From an uncultured virus (IMG/VR IMGVR_UViG_3300021963_006795) (taxonomy: Duplodnaviria; Heunggongvirae; Uroviricota; Caudoviricetes), in IMG/VR virus record IMGVR_UViG_3300021963_006795: a DNA stretch of 20,000 nt; one strand, written 5' to 3'. Every line of letters starts with the position of its first letter. Positions within the stretch are counted from its first letter, which is position 1. The notes under the pieces are model-generated. The model was not told the DNA's origin, ran no database searches, and was given only the letters and a program-made list of their open reading frames with translations. Below, one piece after another: positions 8,317-17,191 of the stretch. The position numbers and the translations under genes are program-made.

Positions 8317-9058
8317 CAGGATACCTCCGCGTGTCTTTATGTTTTTCAGTTATATACATTAGTTCGTCTCTATTGACTAACCAAGAACCTTCTGGATGTT
8401 CAACTCTCATATCATATTGTACACCAGAACTACTCATTCGATCTGGGTGTTCACGATTTGCAACTAAAATGTCTTCCAAAATAATTGGCATACCATGAGC
8501 GTATCTCATCCGATGATATAAATCAGTATCAATTAGAAGTTTAATGCTTTCATCCATGTGTATTTTTGCCTCATTAAGACAGGCGAAGCATGTTGGACTA
8601 CCTAAAAGATTTCTTCCTTCAAGCATCATATCAGTCCAACGAGGAACCATAGGACGATTAGTAGATTTACCATCTACAGTATGAGCAAATCCATGCATCA
8701 TCCACTTACCATCATTCTCCTCAAACCCTTTATGAATTATTTCTAATGCTTGATCATTTACAAATACATCATCCTGATAGATTAATTTAATAATTCTACC
8801 TTCGGCATTATCAAAAGCACAATTTGTATTCGGCGCTTGCAATCCTCTACCGTTAGGATTTTTTGTATATGTAATTTCAAACTCTTCACTTGCATCTTTA
8901 GCGAAGTTGAAGATCTCATCATCAACACTATGATCAGAAATTACAATATCAAAGTCTTGAAATGTTTGAGTTCTTAGAGAATCAAAGATCTGACTTAGAT
9001 AAAATACTCCTTTACCTTTAAATTCATAAGTGGGAATACATACTGAGATTTCACTCAT
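8306..9058 (-). CDS. Glycosyltransferase family 2
   Basis: ISVCIPTY, SLRTQTFQDFDIVISDHS, YQDD. Confidence 0.9.
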   Translation of the reverse strand: MSEISVCIPTYEFKGKGVFYLSQIFDSLRTQTFQDFDIVISDHSVDDEIFNFAKDASEEFEITYTKNPNGRGLQAPNTNCAFDNAEGRIIKLIYQDDVFVNDQALEIIHKGFEENDGKWMMHGFAHTVDGKSTNRPMVPRWTDMMLEGRNLLGSPTCFACLNEAKIHMDESIKLLIDTDLYHRMRYAHGMPIILEDILVANREHPDRMSSSGVQYDMRVEHPEGSWLVNRDELMYITEKHKDTRRYPDEN

Positions 9059-9855
9059 AGTTTAACCCACCTTTCAGGAATGATATCCTTAGTGTCATTA
9101 TTAGCAGTATATCCACTATCGCCAAACCATCTGGATGGAGCAATAACAGTTCCACGATTCGCTAGCCATGCTCCCCACCAACTGAAAGAACTATTTGCAA
9201 TAATGAAATCATTACACATAGACATCAAACACATATCATAACGATTATCATTTCCTTCTGCAATCAAGAAACGATCATCAGAAAATAGATCTTGTTGTTT
9301 ACACCATTCAGGATCATCAGAGAAAATAATTACTTCTCGATTAGAATCAAAATTACTTAAAGCATTCTGATAATAATCTACACTACATGGAGGATGATCT
9401 TGAGACTTTTGAACATAGTCAGTTCTTCTAACATGTAGAGAAATTGGATTGCTTACTTGAGAAACAAACTCTTCACAGGTTTTTACTATCTCGGATTTAA
9501 ATGAAAAATCTTCACGAATACTATCTGAAACATTTTCAAAGTATTTTTCAGTTTGAAAATATCCAAAAATGGAAACACAATCGGGACAGTTTTTCACATA
9601 GTTCTCATCATATGCAAAAGTCTTTTCTTGATAAACTCCCAATAGATTACCATGACATTCTACATGCCCAATATGTTCAACTCCAGGAAGTTCAAATGTT
9701 TCAAATAATTGATGATCTTTCCATTCATCTTTAAAATCTGAGTGTGGGATACAAAAATTATAATTGTGATATGCTGCAATTCCTCTCAGTGCAGCATACT
9801 GAAACATTTGATTTCCAAGTCTTCCATGAAGACCTAAATGATTAAACCCAATCAT
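9055..9855 (-). CDS. Alpha-1,2-fucosyltransferase (GT11)
   Basis: GRLGNQMFQYA, GYFQTEKYF, SLHVRRTDY, FSDDPEWC, IIANSSFSWWGAWL. Confidence 0.95.
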   Translation of the reverse strand: MIGFNHLGLHGRLGNQMFQYAALRGIAAYHNYNFCIPHSDFKDEWKDHQLFETFELPGVEHIGHVECHGNLLGVYQEKTFAYDENYVKNCPDCVSIFGYFQTEKYFENVSDSIREDFSFKSEIVKTCEEFVSQVSNPISLHVRRTDYVQKSQDHPPCSVDYYQNALSNFDSNREVIIFSDDPEWCKQQDLFSDDRFLIAEGNDNRYDMCLMSMCNDFIIANSSFSWWGAWLANRGTVIAPSRWFGDSGYTANNDTKDIIPERWVKL

Positions 9856-10721
9856 AAGAATTTTAAAATAGTATTGACTCGATTGATATATGTATGATTT
9901 TCTTTTACGAAGATCATCGCCGCTTTCATATCAACTTTACTTTTCTTATCTGCTTCTAGAAGATTTGTATACAGAGTTTCTGGTGTTCCTCCGTAAACAA
10001 CATGATCTCCAAATGCTCTTTTTACAAAAGGAGAGTTGGTTCCAGTAATCCTACCATAACTAATATTTTTAAATATTCTACAAGGAATATATCCACATTG
10101 CAAGTGCCAGTCACTTCTAAAATCTGGACATAAGAATGAAGATCTAATTAGTTTTTTATTTTCCTCATCAGAAGCATTTTGAGTAAATACAGTAAATTCG
10201 ACCTTGTGATTTTGTTCAAGAATATTAGCAAATGATTGTGCCCACCAAGGACCTTGTTCATAGAGCATTCCAATATAATTCAAGGTCTTATTTGAAGAAT
10301 TAAACTTTACTGGATTATTTTCATCAATCTCGTGAGGAAGTAAGTCTGTTCCCCAAGTTTGATAAAGAGTTCTAGTTGATTGATCCCAATATGCAAGATC
10401 TTCAACTTTTTCATGTACTTCTAAACTGGGAAGATAGTTTCCAAGTTTTAATACATTTTCATAAGGAACTCCAGCATCAGTAAAATACTTAGTGTCAATA
10501 TGATGAGTAATATACTTACAATCTTTACGCAAAGGCATTCCTCTCTTTACAGAATCTTCTGTGAAGAAAACAGAATCTGCAAAATCATACTGATTTAAAT
10601 CATCTCTATTATCAATCCAATACACCTCGTATCCAAGATATTGAAATGCTTTATAGTATGAACTATGAATATATCCATGAGTGTGTTCATGGAGTTTGTG
10701 TCCCCAGATAAAAATTTTCAT
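9852..10721 (-). CDS. Putative glycosyltransferase (GT-B, CgeB/Glyco_trans_1_2-like)
   Basis: YIPCRIFK.ISYG and C-terminal HTYINRV. ATG at 10721. Operon context. Confidence 0.65.
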   Translation of the reverse strand: MKIFIWGHKLHEHTHGYIHSSYYKAFQYLGYEVYWIDNRDDLNQYDFADSVFFTEDSVKRGMPLRKDCKYITHHIDTKYFTDAGVPYENVLKLGNYLPSLEVHEKVEDLAYWDQSTRTLYQTWGTDLLPHEIDENNPVKFNSSNKTLNYIGMLYEQGPWWAQSFANILEQNHKVEFTVFTQNASDEENKKLIRSSFLCPDFRSDWHLQCGYIPCRIFKNISYGRITGTNSPFVKRAFGDHVVYGGTPETLYTNLLEADKKSKVDMKAAMIFVKENHTYINRVNTILKFL

Positions 10722-10722
10722 T

Positions 10723-11535
10723 TTAATAATTGATAACATCTAAAACCTGACCTTCTCCCTTTAGAAAAATTTTATCCTGAAGGTCCCATGATTTATTATA
10801 AACCATAATCTTTCCATCTCCAAATTCTGTATTTCTTTTACTTGAAAATGGAGAAAGTCCCACATAATAATTATTTTCTGTAGATGATATTCCACGAATC
10901 CATCCACCAATTGTAATATAATCTCCAGAATTGCTAACTACAGATCCATATCTAGAACTTAATGTATAAATTTTTCCACTTTCTTTCCAAATGCTATGAG
11001 ACTGATATCCCATATTTCTAATTATATTTGTTGGTTGAGAATATAATGAATCAAACTCAAGAATAAAACTACCTTCATTCCAATTATGTGCCAATATGTA
11101 TAACTTATCATCACCATAAACGGAATTAAAATGATAGCAATCTCTGTATTTTACTTGGTCTTTTCTTTCCAAAGGAACCCATCTATTCCAATTCTTTCCA
11201 TTGTAAATTGCTAACGCATCACCATAACTACAAGTACAGACTAAATTATTTTTCCAAAATCCAATTCCATGAAGATCTTGCAATTTAAAACATTTTGGTT
11301 TTATTTCTTTTACAAAATTTAAAGATTTATCAAAAATTAATATCTTTCCATCTTCTTTATCTGGAGTAATTAATTCATTGTTACTATTAATATCACTATT
11401 TCTGGAAGCAACATAAAAATTCCCATCGGGACTTTTTGCTATTCCAAAATATAAACCTTGTCCTCTATGAATTACTTTTATTTCTCCAGATGGATTTACT
11501 AAAAGAATAGATTTTGTTGTTGTGACTAAAAGCAT
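10723..11535 (-). CDS. Predicted beta-propeller protein of unknown function
   Basis: Repeated blade-like segments: YFGIA, DLHGI, HFNSV, SHSI, WIRGI. Confidence 0.6.
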   Translation of the reverse strand: MLLVTTTKSILLVNPSGEIKVIHRGQGLYFGIAKSPDGNFYVASRNSDINSNNELITPDKEDGKILIFDKSLNFVKEIKPKCFKLQDLHGIGFWKNNLVCTCSYGDALAIYNGKNWNRWVPLERKDQVKYRDCYHFNSVYGDDKLYILAHNWNEGSFILEFDSLYSQPTNIIRNMGYQSHSIWKESGKIYTLSSRYGSVVSNSGDYITIGGWIRGISSTENNYYVGLSPFSSKRNTEFGDGKIMVYNKSWDLQDKIFLKGEGQVLDVINY

Positions 11536-11542
11536 TTTTCTA

Positions 11543-12493
11543 TTAATAATTTTCTTTAAACCATTCGTATGTCATTTTCAGTCCCTCAACAATATTAATT
11601 TTGGGACTCCATCCAAGACTCTTAATTTTATCTACATTCATAACTTTTCTCATAGTACCGTTGGGTTTACTTGTGTCCCATATAATTTCACCATTAAATC
11701 CAACAATGTTAGAAATTGTATTCGCCAATTCTTTAATTGTAATATCAATACCAGTACCAACATTAACTATTTCTGGATCATTATAATTCAACATCAGAAA
11801 TAAACATGCATCTGCAAGATCATCAACATGAAGAAACTCTCTCATAGGAGATCCATCTCCCCAGAGGGTTACTGGGTATTGATAAGATCCGCCAAGATCA
11901 TGTCCAATATTATCTTTACCATCATGAAATTTGCGAATTAATGCAGGCAAAACATGAGAACTATTTAAATCAAAATTATCATTTGGACCATATAAATTAG
12001 TTGGCATTAATGAAATTGCATTAAACCCATATTGTTCATGATAAGATTGACACATTTTAATTCCAGCAATCTTGGCAATCGCATATGCATCATTAGTTGG
12101 TTCCAATGGACCAGTCATTAACTGATCTTCAGTAATTGGAATGTTAGCGTGTTTGGGATAAATGCATGATGATCCTAGGAAAAGAAGTTTCTTAACACCA
12201 TGTAAATGAGAAGATTTAATAACATTTGTTTGAATTAAAATATTATCAGTAATAAAATCTGCTTTATATTGACTGTTTGCCATAATGCCGCCAACTTTTG
12301 CAGCAGCAAGAAACACATATTCTGGTTTATGAATAGTGAAAAGATTTTCTACTGCCTCTTGATTTGTTAGATCACACTCACTACTAGGAATGAGAAGTAA
12401 ATTATTATATCCCTCTTCTCTTAATTTTCTTACAATTGCAGATCCAACAAGTCCATTGTGACCTGCTACGAAAATTTTAGAATTACTGTCCAT
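11543..12493 (-). CDS. fcl: GDP-L-fucose synthase
   Basis: [55 protein letters not shown] at 12493. Confidence 0.97.
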   Translation of the reverse strand: MDSNSKIFVAGHNGLVGSAIVRKLREEGYNNLLLIPSSECDLTNQEAVENLFTIHKPEYVFLAAAKVGGIMANSQYKADFITDNILIQTNVIKSSHLHGVKKLLFLGSSCIYPKHANIPITEDQLMTGPLEPTNDAYAIAKIAGIKMCQSYHEQYGFNAISLMPTNLYGPNDNFDLNSSHVLPALIRKFHDGKDNIGHDLGGSYQYPVTLWGDGSPMREFLHVDDLADACLFLMLNYNDPEIVNVGTGIDITIKELANTISNIVGFNGEIIWDTSKPNGTMRKVMNVDKIKSLGWSPKINIVEGLKMTYEWFKENY

Positions 12494-13484
12494 AAATGCA
12501 CATGTCCTCAACTAATTGTTCAAATGAAATTTTAGGTTCCCATCCAAGATTTTGTTTTGCTTTTGTAGGATCTCCTAGAAGAGTTTCTACTTCTGCAGGT
12601 CTAAAATATTTTGGATCTACAGCAATAACTTGATTACCACTATTTGTATCATATCCAACCTCTTTTAAACCTTCACCCTTCCACGCAATTTTCATACCAA
12701 AATAAGGTGCTGCTTTTTCAACAAATTCTCTAACAGAATATTGTTCTCCAGTAGCAATAACATAATCTTCTGGAGTTTCTTGTTGAAGCATTAACCACAT
12801 TGCTTCAACATAATCTTTTGCATGGCCCCAATCACGCTTAGCATTAAGATTACCTAAGTATAAAATATCCTGAAGACCGCAAGAAATCTTAGATAAACCC
12901 TGCGTAATCTTACGAGTTACAAAAGTTTCTCCACGACGAGGAGATTCGTGATTAAATAGAATTCCCGTACATGCATACATTCCATAAGATTCACGGTAGT
13001 TTTTAGTCAACCAGTATGCATAAACCTTTGCACATCCATAAGGAGAACGAGGATAAAATGGAGTGGTTTCTGTTTGAGGAATTTCCTGAACAAGACCATA
13101 CATCTCTGATGTAGATGCTTGATAAATTTTACAAGTTTTTTCCATCCCTAGAATTCTAACTGCTTCAAGAATTCTAAGTGTTCCTAATCCATCCACATTT
13201 CCAGTATATTCAGGAAGTTCAAAAGAAACTTTTACATGACTTTGTGCAGCAAGATTATAAATCTCATCTGGTTTTACTTTCTGAAGTACATGAAGTACAT
13301 TTCCAGAATCTGTCAAATCTCCGTAATGGAGATTAATTTTTTTGTAGATATGATCAATACGATGAGTATTGATCAGAGATGCTCTGCGAACAATTCCGTG
13401 AACTTCATAACCTTGTTCTAGTAAAAGTTCTGCTAAGTATGATCCATCCTGCCCTGTAACACCAGTAATTAATGCTCTTTTCAT
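12483..13484 (-). CDS. gmd: GDP-mannose 4,6-dehydratase
   Basis: [66 protein letters not shown] at 13484. Confidence 0.98.
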   Translation of the reverse strand: MKRALITGVTGQDGSYLAELLLEQGYEVHGIVRRASLINTHRIDHIYKKINLHYGDLTDSGNVLHVLQKVKPDEIYNLAAQSHVKVSFELPEYTGNVDGLGTLRILEAVRILGMEKTCKIYQASTSEMYGLVQEIPQTETTPFYPRSPYGCAKVYAYWLTKNYRESYGMYACTGILFNHESPRRGETFVTRKITQGLSKISCGLQDILYLGNLNAKRDWGHAKDYVEAMWLMLQQETPEDYVIATGEQYSVREFVEKAAPYFGMKIAWKGEGLKEVGYDTNSGNQVIAVDPKYFRPAEVETLLGDPTKAKQNLGWEPKISFEQLVEDMCIYGQ

Positions 13485-13497
13485 ATTTAATAACAAC

Positions 13498-14112
13498 TTA
13501 TTTTCCAGTATACTCTATGTTAAAAGAAAATGTCAATCTCATATTATCTCTACATTCACTACCGGTATCTACACCATGATCTAACCATGGCGGAAATAAT
13601 ATAATATCTCCGGGTTCAATATTTGGTTCAAAAAAATCACAAAAATATTTAAACATACTAGAATCTGGAGAATTAAATTCTTGATGTCTATTTATTTTAT
13701 GATAATTATATGGTTTGATAAATGTAGTTGGTATATTTCCCTTATTATAATATACTCCACACCAGTAAGGAGGTTTAGAAATAATTCCCGGTATATGATC
13801 ATGCTTTTCTTGTCCCTGATTATCATGATAAATGTTATACCAAAGTTGATTTAATTCAAACTCTGAAGGAATATTTAATACTTTAAATACTTCATGAAGA
13901 TCTTCAGTTAAGTGAGAATACATTCCAAATCTTATTTCATCACTAAAAAAATCATCTCCACAAGAAGATCCAAAAGAAGTATTTAAAGGTTTAACCCATT
14001 CGTCAGGTTTTCTAACACTTTTTTTAACTTCTGGAAACTTGTAAAGATGATGTTTAGTAAATTTAAACTTTATAAAAGGTACAGGAAACAAAGATTTCAA
14101 TTCAACTTTCAT
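13498..14112 (-). CDS. Putative 2OG-Fe(II) oxygenase (TIGR02466-like)
   Basis: LFPVP N-terminus, WYN.Y...[27 protein letters not shown]. Confidence 0.85.
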   Translation of the reverse strand: MKVELKSLFPVPFIKFKFTKHHLYKFPEVKKSVRKPDEWVKPLNTSFGSSCGDDFFSDEIRFGMYSHLTEDLHEVFKVLNIPSEFELNQLWYNIYHDNQGQEKHDHIPGIISKPPYWCGVYYNKGNIPTTFIKPYNYHKINRHQEFNSPDSSMFKYFCDFFEPNIEPGDIILFPPWLDHGVDTGSECRDNMRLTFSFNIEYTGK

Positions 14113-14116
14113 AAAT

Positions 14117-14359
14117 TCACTTACTCAATTGTGCAATAAGTGCTTCTAATCTATTCTCAAGTGCAGTAATTCTATCATTAATAGTAGATTCTTTTCTAGG
14201 AGGTAGATCAGGAAGTTCTTCATTATTTAACTTTGAAGATCCTCCTCCACATGGAACATGAGATCTTGATTCTAAAGCAGCAAGTCTTCTTTCAACTTCC
14301 AAGTCAATTTTAGGAGAGTAAGATGAAATATCTGAAATGATCGGTTTTCTTGTTGCCAT
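14117..14359 (-). CDS. Hypothetical protein with two short coiled-coil segments
   Basis: ORF track. Internal repeat RLAALE / RITALE. Confidence 0.7.
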   Translation of the reverse strand: MATRKPIISDISSYSPKIDLEVERRLAALESRSHVPCGGGSSKLNNEELPDLPPRKESTINDRITALENRLEALIAQLSK

Positions 14360-14386
14360 TTTAATTTAAAAATTTTGAACTAATAT

Positions 14387-14393
14387 TATTTAG
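14387..14393 (-). promoter_or_regulatory. Putative T4-type late promoter (CTAAATA) upstream of the glycan operon
   Basis: CTAAATA lies just after the terminator and about 28 nt before the ATG at 14359. The motif is short and the DNA AT-rich, so support is weak. Confidence 0.4.
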
Positions 14394-14421
14394 AAAATAA
14401 AAGGGACTTTAAAGTCCCTTT
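14394..14421 (-). terminator. Rho-independent terminator (palindromic, possibly bidirectional)
   Basis: AAAGGGACTTTAAAGTCCCTTT followed by TATTTT. Confidence 0.75.
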
Positions 14422-14429
14422 ACTCAGTT

Positions 14430-14529
14430 GCAGGCTCGCCACCAATTCTTTAACTGGAAATTGGAAACCAGGCGGGAGTAACCTCCACATCCGCACCACT
14501 TGCCTTTTTAAGGAATGGCAAGAAACCTA
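14430..14529 (-). ncRNA. Structured RNA with two tandem H-type pseudoknots and UGGYG motifs (probably related to the cyanophage wcaG/manA Rfam motifs)
   Basis: AGG-UUU-CUUGCC-AUU-CCU-UAAAAA-GGCAAG-UGGUG and CUGG-UUU-CCAAUU-U-CCAG-UUAAAG-AAUUGG-UGGCG, with a GGAG-GUUA-CUCC hairpin between them. Lies upstream of gmd/fcl. Confidence 0.7.
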
Positions 14530-14739
14530 TTTTGTTGCAGAAACAAAATTATTAATAGTCTCCGCTTGTTCTAGAACTTGATTAAGTGTTGGAAACTCTG
14601 GATAATCCATTGATACTTCTTTTTTCTCATTTTCATTCCAACAACGAGCAGTATCATACTCTATACTAAACTGATCGTTTAGCATATTATATGCTTGTTT
14701 AAAAATTTCAAAACGAAGTTCATAAGGTGTTTTGGACAT
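14527..14739 (-). CDS. Small phage protein (KTPYELR...PTxxxVxxxAxxIxxFVS)
   Basis: ORF track. GGAG RBS preceded by CA repeats. Confidence 0.8.
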   Translation of the reverse strand: MSKTPYELRFEIFKQAYNMLNDQFSIEYDTARCWNENEKKEVSMDYPEFPTLNQVLEQAETINNFVSATK

Positions 14740-14770
14740 AATTAATCTCCATGTGTGTAATGTGTGTGAA

Positions 14771-14863
14771 TAGGGTCATTTGACTCCACCAGTACTTTTA
14801 AAGTCTCTCCGTGACTATGAGGGTTGCTCTCGACCAGGGCGCTTTTAATGTCATCCCGAGACA
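14771..14863 (-). ncRNA. Structured RNA with two tandem hairpin/pseudoknot units (manA/wcaG-like candidate)
   Basis: UGUC-UCGGGAU-GACA-UUAAAAG-CGCCCUGGUCG and AGUC-ACGGAGA-GACU-UUAAAAG-UACUGGUGG, with a compensatory U-A to A-U change between the units. Confidence 0.65.
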
Positions 14864-14868
14864 ATTAC

Positions 14869-15087
14869 TCAAGCACTTACTTGTTCATTTTCAAAATCAT
14901 AAAGAAGATTATCAATTAGAATCTCATAATCATCCATAGGATCATTTGTAAATTCTACCCCAATGGATTCATAATAACGCTTTACCTTTTTATAAAGTTT
15001 TGGGTTTTTTACATCCAGATAAAAGTCTCCATTTGCAGCACCACGAAGAGTACTTAGGTCTTTTTTAAATTTAGAAGAAAGTGTCAT
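14869..15087 (-). CDS. Hypothetical cyanophage-type protein, 72 aa
   Basis: ORF track. Directly downstream of a consensus promoter. Confidence 0.8.
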   Translation of the reverse strand: MTLSSKFKKDLSTLRGAANGDFYLDVKNPKLYKKVKRYYESIGVEFTNDPMDDYEILIDNLLYDFENEQVSA

Positions 15088-15110
15088 TGGTAATGTTTGT
15101 TGACTTTTTA

Positions 15111-15139
15111 AGTATAGGAAAAAATATCCAGTTTGTCAA
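15111..15139 (-). promoter_or_regulatory. sigma70-type promoter
   Basis: TTGACA (15139-15134), 17 bp, TATACT (15116-15111). Confidence 0.75.
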
Positions 15140-15153
15140 GTCTTGTGGACAGT

Positions 15154-15816
15154 TTAAGATTTGACCACTGGATAAAAATTTTTCAGATGATTTCCATTTA
15201 AAAAATCTGTCTTCATATTGTTATAGGGTGTTGGATCCCATTCTTTTGGTTTCCAATGCACATACATGTTTCTGTAGTATTCCCCATTAAAAGGAGTTTC
15301 TCTACCATGAACACAAAGACTTTCATAAAGCAACATATCACCATCTTCAAAATATACTTGATGATGATTATTATCATGATCGTAAAAATCTAAAGGCCAA
15401 TTTTGATTTGATTTTTGATCAATATAAATTATACAACTTATAATATGAGTATCAATACGATCTCTATGAAGATGAAGCACAGAATTTTTTATGTAACTTC
15501 TAATTCCATATCCCCAAGATCTTTCTAATTTTACTTTAGACCATTCTTCTACAATTGGAGTTATTTCATCATAACATAAATCAAATAAATCTTGAGAAAT
15601 TTCATTTCTATAATAATAAGGTTTAATACTATTTTTTACAGATATACCACCACAAACTACAGTTTTATATTCTTTTGAATACTCATTTTCATTTACTTTT
15701 TCGGAAAATTTTGCAGTTGAATATACTTTTTTTATTTCAGAATATAAATTTTCAGGTATTTTTACTTTCAAAAAAGGAACTTCATTGAATTTAGGTGGTT
15801 TTGTTTTATCGTTCAT
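15154..15816 (-). CDS. 2OG-Fe(II) oxygenase-like protein
   Basis: GIRSY...LHLHRD (HxD), WPL, GDMLLYES..VHGR (distal His). Confidence 0.8.
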   Translation of the reverse strand: MNDKTKPPKFNEVPFLKVKIPENLYSEIKKVYSTAKFSEKVNENEYSKEYKTVVCGGISVKNSIKPYYYRNEISQDLFDLCYDEITPIVEEWSKVKLERSWGYGIRSYIKNSVLHLHRDRIDTHIISCIIYIDQKSNQNWPLDFYDHDNNHHQVYFEDGDMLLYESLCVHGRETPFNGEYYRNMYVHWKPKEWDPTPYNNMKTDFLNGNHLKNFYPVVKS

Positions 15817-16948
15817 CTACATAAACTCCATTTTTTTCATATTTCCAATGAGGGTGTTGTGATAAAGCCCAATTTAATTTTTCTCCTCTACCATCATAAT
15901 ACCAATGAATAGACTTATTAATATTAATAAAATTATTTTTATCTATGTCTATCTTTAGATGGTCTTCTACTTTCTTTCCGTTTATTCCTCTAATAATATT
16001 TATTCTAGAACTAAAAGTTGAAAGGTATGTTCCATAAAATAATTCAGATTCTGCACAAATTAATTGTTCTACTATTGCCTTTTCTAATTCATTTAATTCA
16101 TAATTAAAATCATCATAAAAATAAATTTTATATTCCTTTGATACTTCTTCAAAATATTCCCTATCAGTTTCATCAGTGCAAATGTATAAAGGTATATCTT
16201 TATCAAAAAATAATTTTATTCTTTCAAGTAGTTTATGTTTATCTCCAATACAAGATTGATATTCTGGAGCGAAATCTAAGAAATCTGTTCTCCTTACATG
16301 AACAGAATTATAATTTCCAATTTTATTTTTTACATTATCTGCCATTTTATAATACTTAGTATTATATCTTAGACAACCATTAATAATTTTTTTAATCTCA
16401 TTTCTTTTAGATTCCTCTCCAGCATATACAGAATACCAGTGTTGAGAAAATAAATTTTGTTCAAAGTGTATAAACTTTTGAGTTATATTTGAAATATTTA
16501 ATATCTTTCTTTCATTGGAAAATTTTTTAAAGTCTTTTCCAAATGCATTATTAGAACAAATTACCCAATCTACATCAATTAAACATGTTTCAGAATCAGT
16601 TTCTTTTTTGTATGGACCAAATTTAATTTCTGCTACATTTGGAATTACATCTTTAATATTTTTTGTGTAAGATTTAGGTCCTTCTAGTTTATCATAATTA
16701 CCTTTAAATTCTGGAACATCTAAAAAATCTATACAATCAATATTATTGTAGATAAATTCTTTATCAAATATATCCATTATATCAATATAATCTTCTTTAT
16801 CTTGAGATTTACAAACAGAATATAACCAAACTTTATGAGGTAATATTAATGTTCGTTTAGAAATTATGGATATTGCTATTGCCAATTCATAAGAAAGAAG
16901 TACATTACATAATCCTGCGTAATATGGAGAGAAAGAAATATATTTCAT
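15806..16948 (-). CDS. O-fucosyltransferase family protein (POFUT2/GT68-like)
   Basis: GLCN near the N-terminus, YNSVHVRRTDF, LYICTDE, AIVEQLICAESELFYGTYLSTFSSRI. Confidence 0.8.
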   Translation of the reverse strand: MKYISFSPYYAGLCNVLLSYELAIAISIISKRTLILPHKVWLYSVCKSQDKEDYIDIMDIFDKEFIYNNIDCIDFLDVPEFKGNYDKLEGPKSYTKNIKDVIPNVAEIKFGPYKKETDSETCLIDVDWVICSNNAFGKDFKKFSNERKILNISNITQKFIHFEQNLFSQHWYSVYAGEESKRNEIKKIINGCLRYNTKYYKMADNVKNKIGNYNSVHVRRTDFLDFAPEYQSCIGDKHKLLERIKLFFDKDIPLYICTDETDREYFEEVSKEYKIYFYDDFNYELNELEKAIVEQLICAESELFYGTYLSTFSSRINIIRGINGKKVEDHLKIDIDKNNFININKSIHWYYDGRGEKLNWALSQHPHWKYEKNGVYVDER

Positions 16949-16965
16949 TTTTAAATAAAAAATAA

Positions 16966-17058
16966 TAGGAGTGGAGGGAGTCGAACCCCCAACCGCGCAC
17001 TAATCTGGTGCATACAGAAGGTATAAGCTTCTCGCTCTGCCAATTGAGCTACACTCCC
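16966..17058 (-). tRNA. trnI: tRNA-Ile(UAU) with a long variable arm
   Basis: GGGAGTG/CACTCCT-A acceptor stem, GCTC/GAGC D stem, AGAAG-CTTATAC-CTTCT anticodon arm, GCAC-CAGATTA-GTGC variable arm, TTCGACT T loop. Confidence 0.85.
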
Positions 17059-17093
17059 AAAAAAAGCATAACGATTATGGTGCTTCGTTATGT
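17059..17093 (-). terminator. Terminator-like hairpin directly upstream of tRNA-Ile
   Basis: CATAACGA-AGCACCATAA-TCGTTATG followed by C and a T7 run. Confidence 0.55.
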
Positions 17094-17185
17094 TGTGTAT
17101 AAAGATTAATTAACCAAATATCATCTTCAGTTAATTCCTTTTTTTCTTCAGTTTTTTCTAAATTTTCAACTTCCACCTGTTCCAT
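17075..17185 (-). CDS. 36-aa acidic peptide (not in the ORF track)
   Basis: MEQVEVENLEKTEEKKELTEDDIWLINLYTQHNEAP. Starts a few nt after the oxygenase stop. Confidence 0.55.
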   Translation of the reverse strand: MEQVEVENLEKTEEKKELTEDDIWLINLYTQHNEAP

Positions 17186-17191
17186 TTTTTA

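Noticed and set aside
14386..14529. Stop-codon readthrough of the 70-aa ORF: the UAG abuts a pseudoknot and the frame stays open for about 46 codons
   Set aside because: The pseudoknot stem overlaps the stop itself and the extension would cross a terminator. The analogous site after the 72-aa ORF meets another stop within six codons.
14430..14863. CRISPR mini-array interpretation of the repeated units
   Set aside because: The repeats conserve structure rather than sequence, there is no repeat-spacer periodicity, and no cas genes are present.
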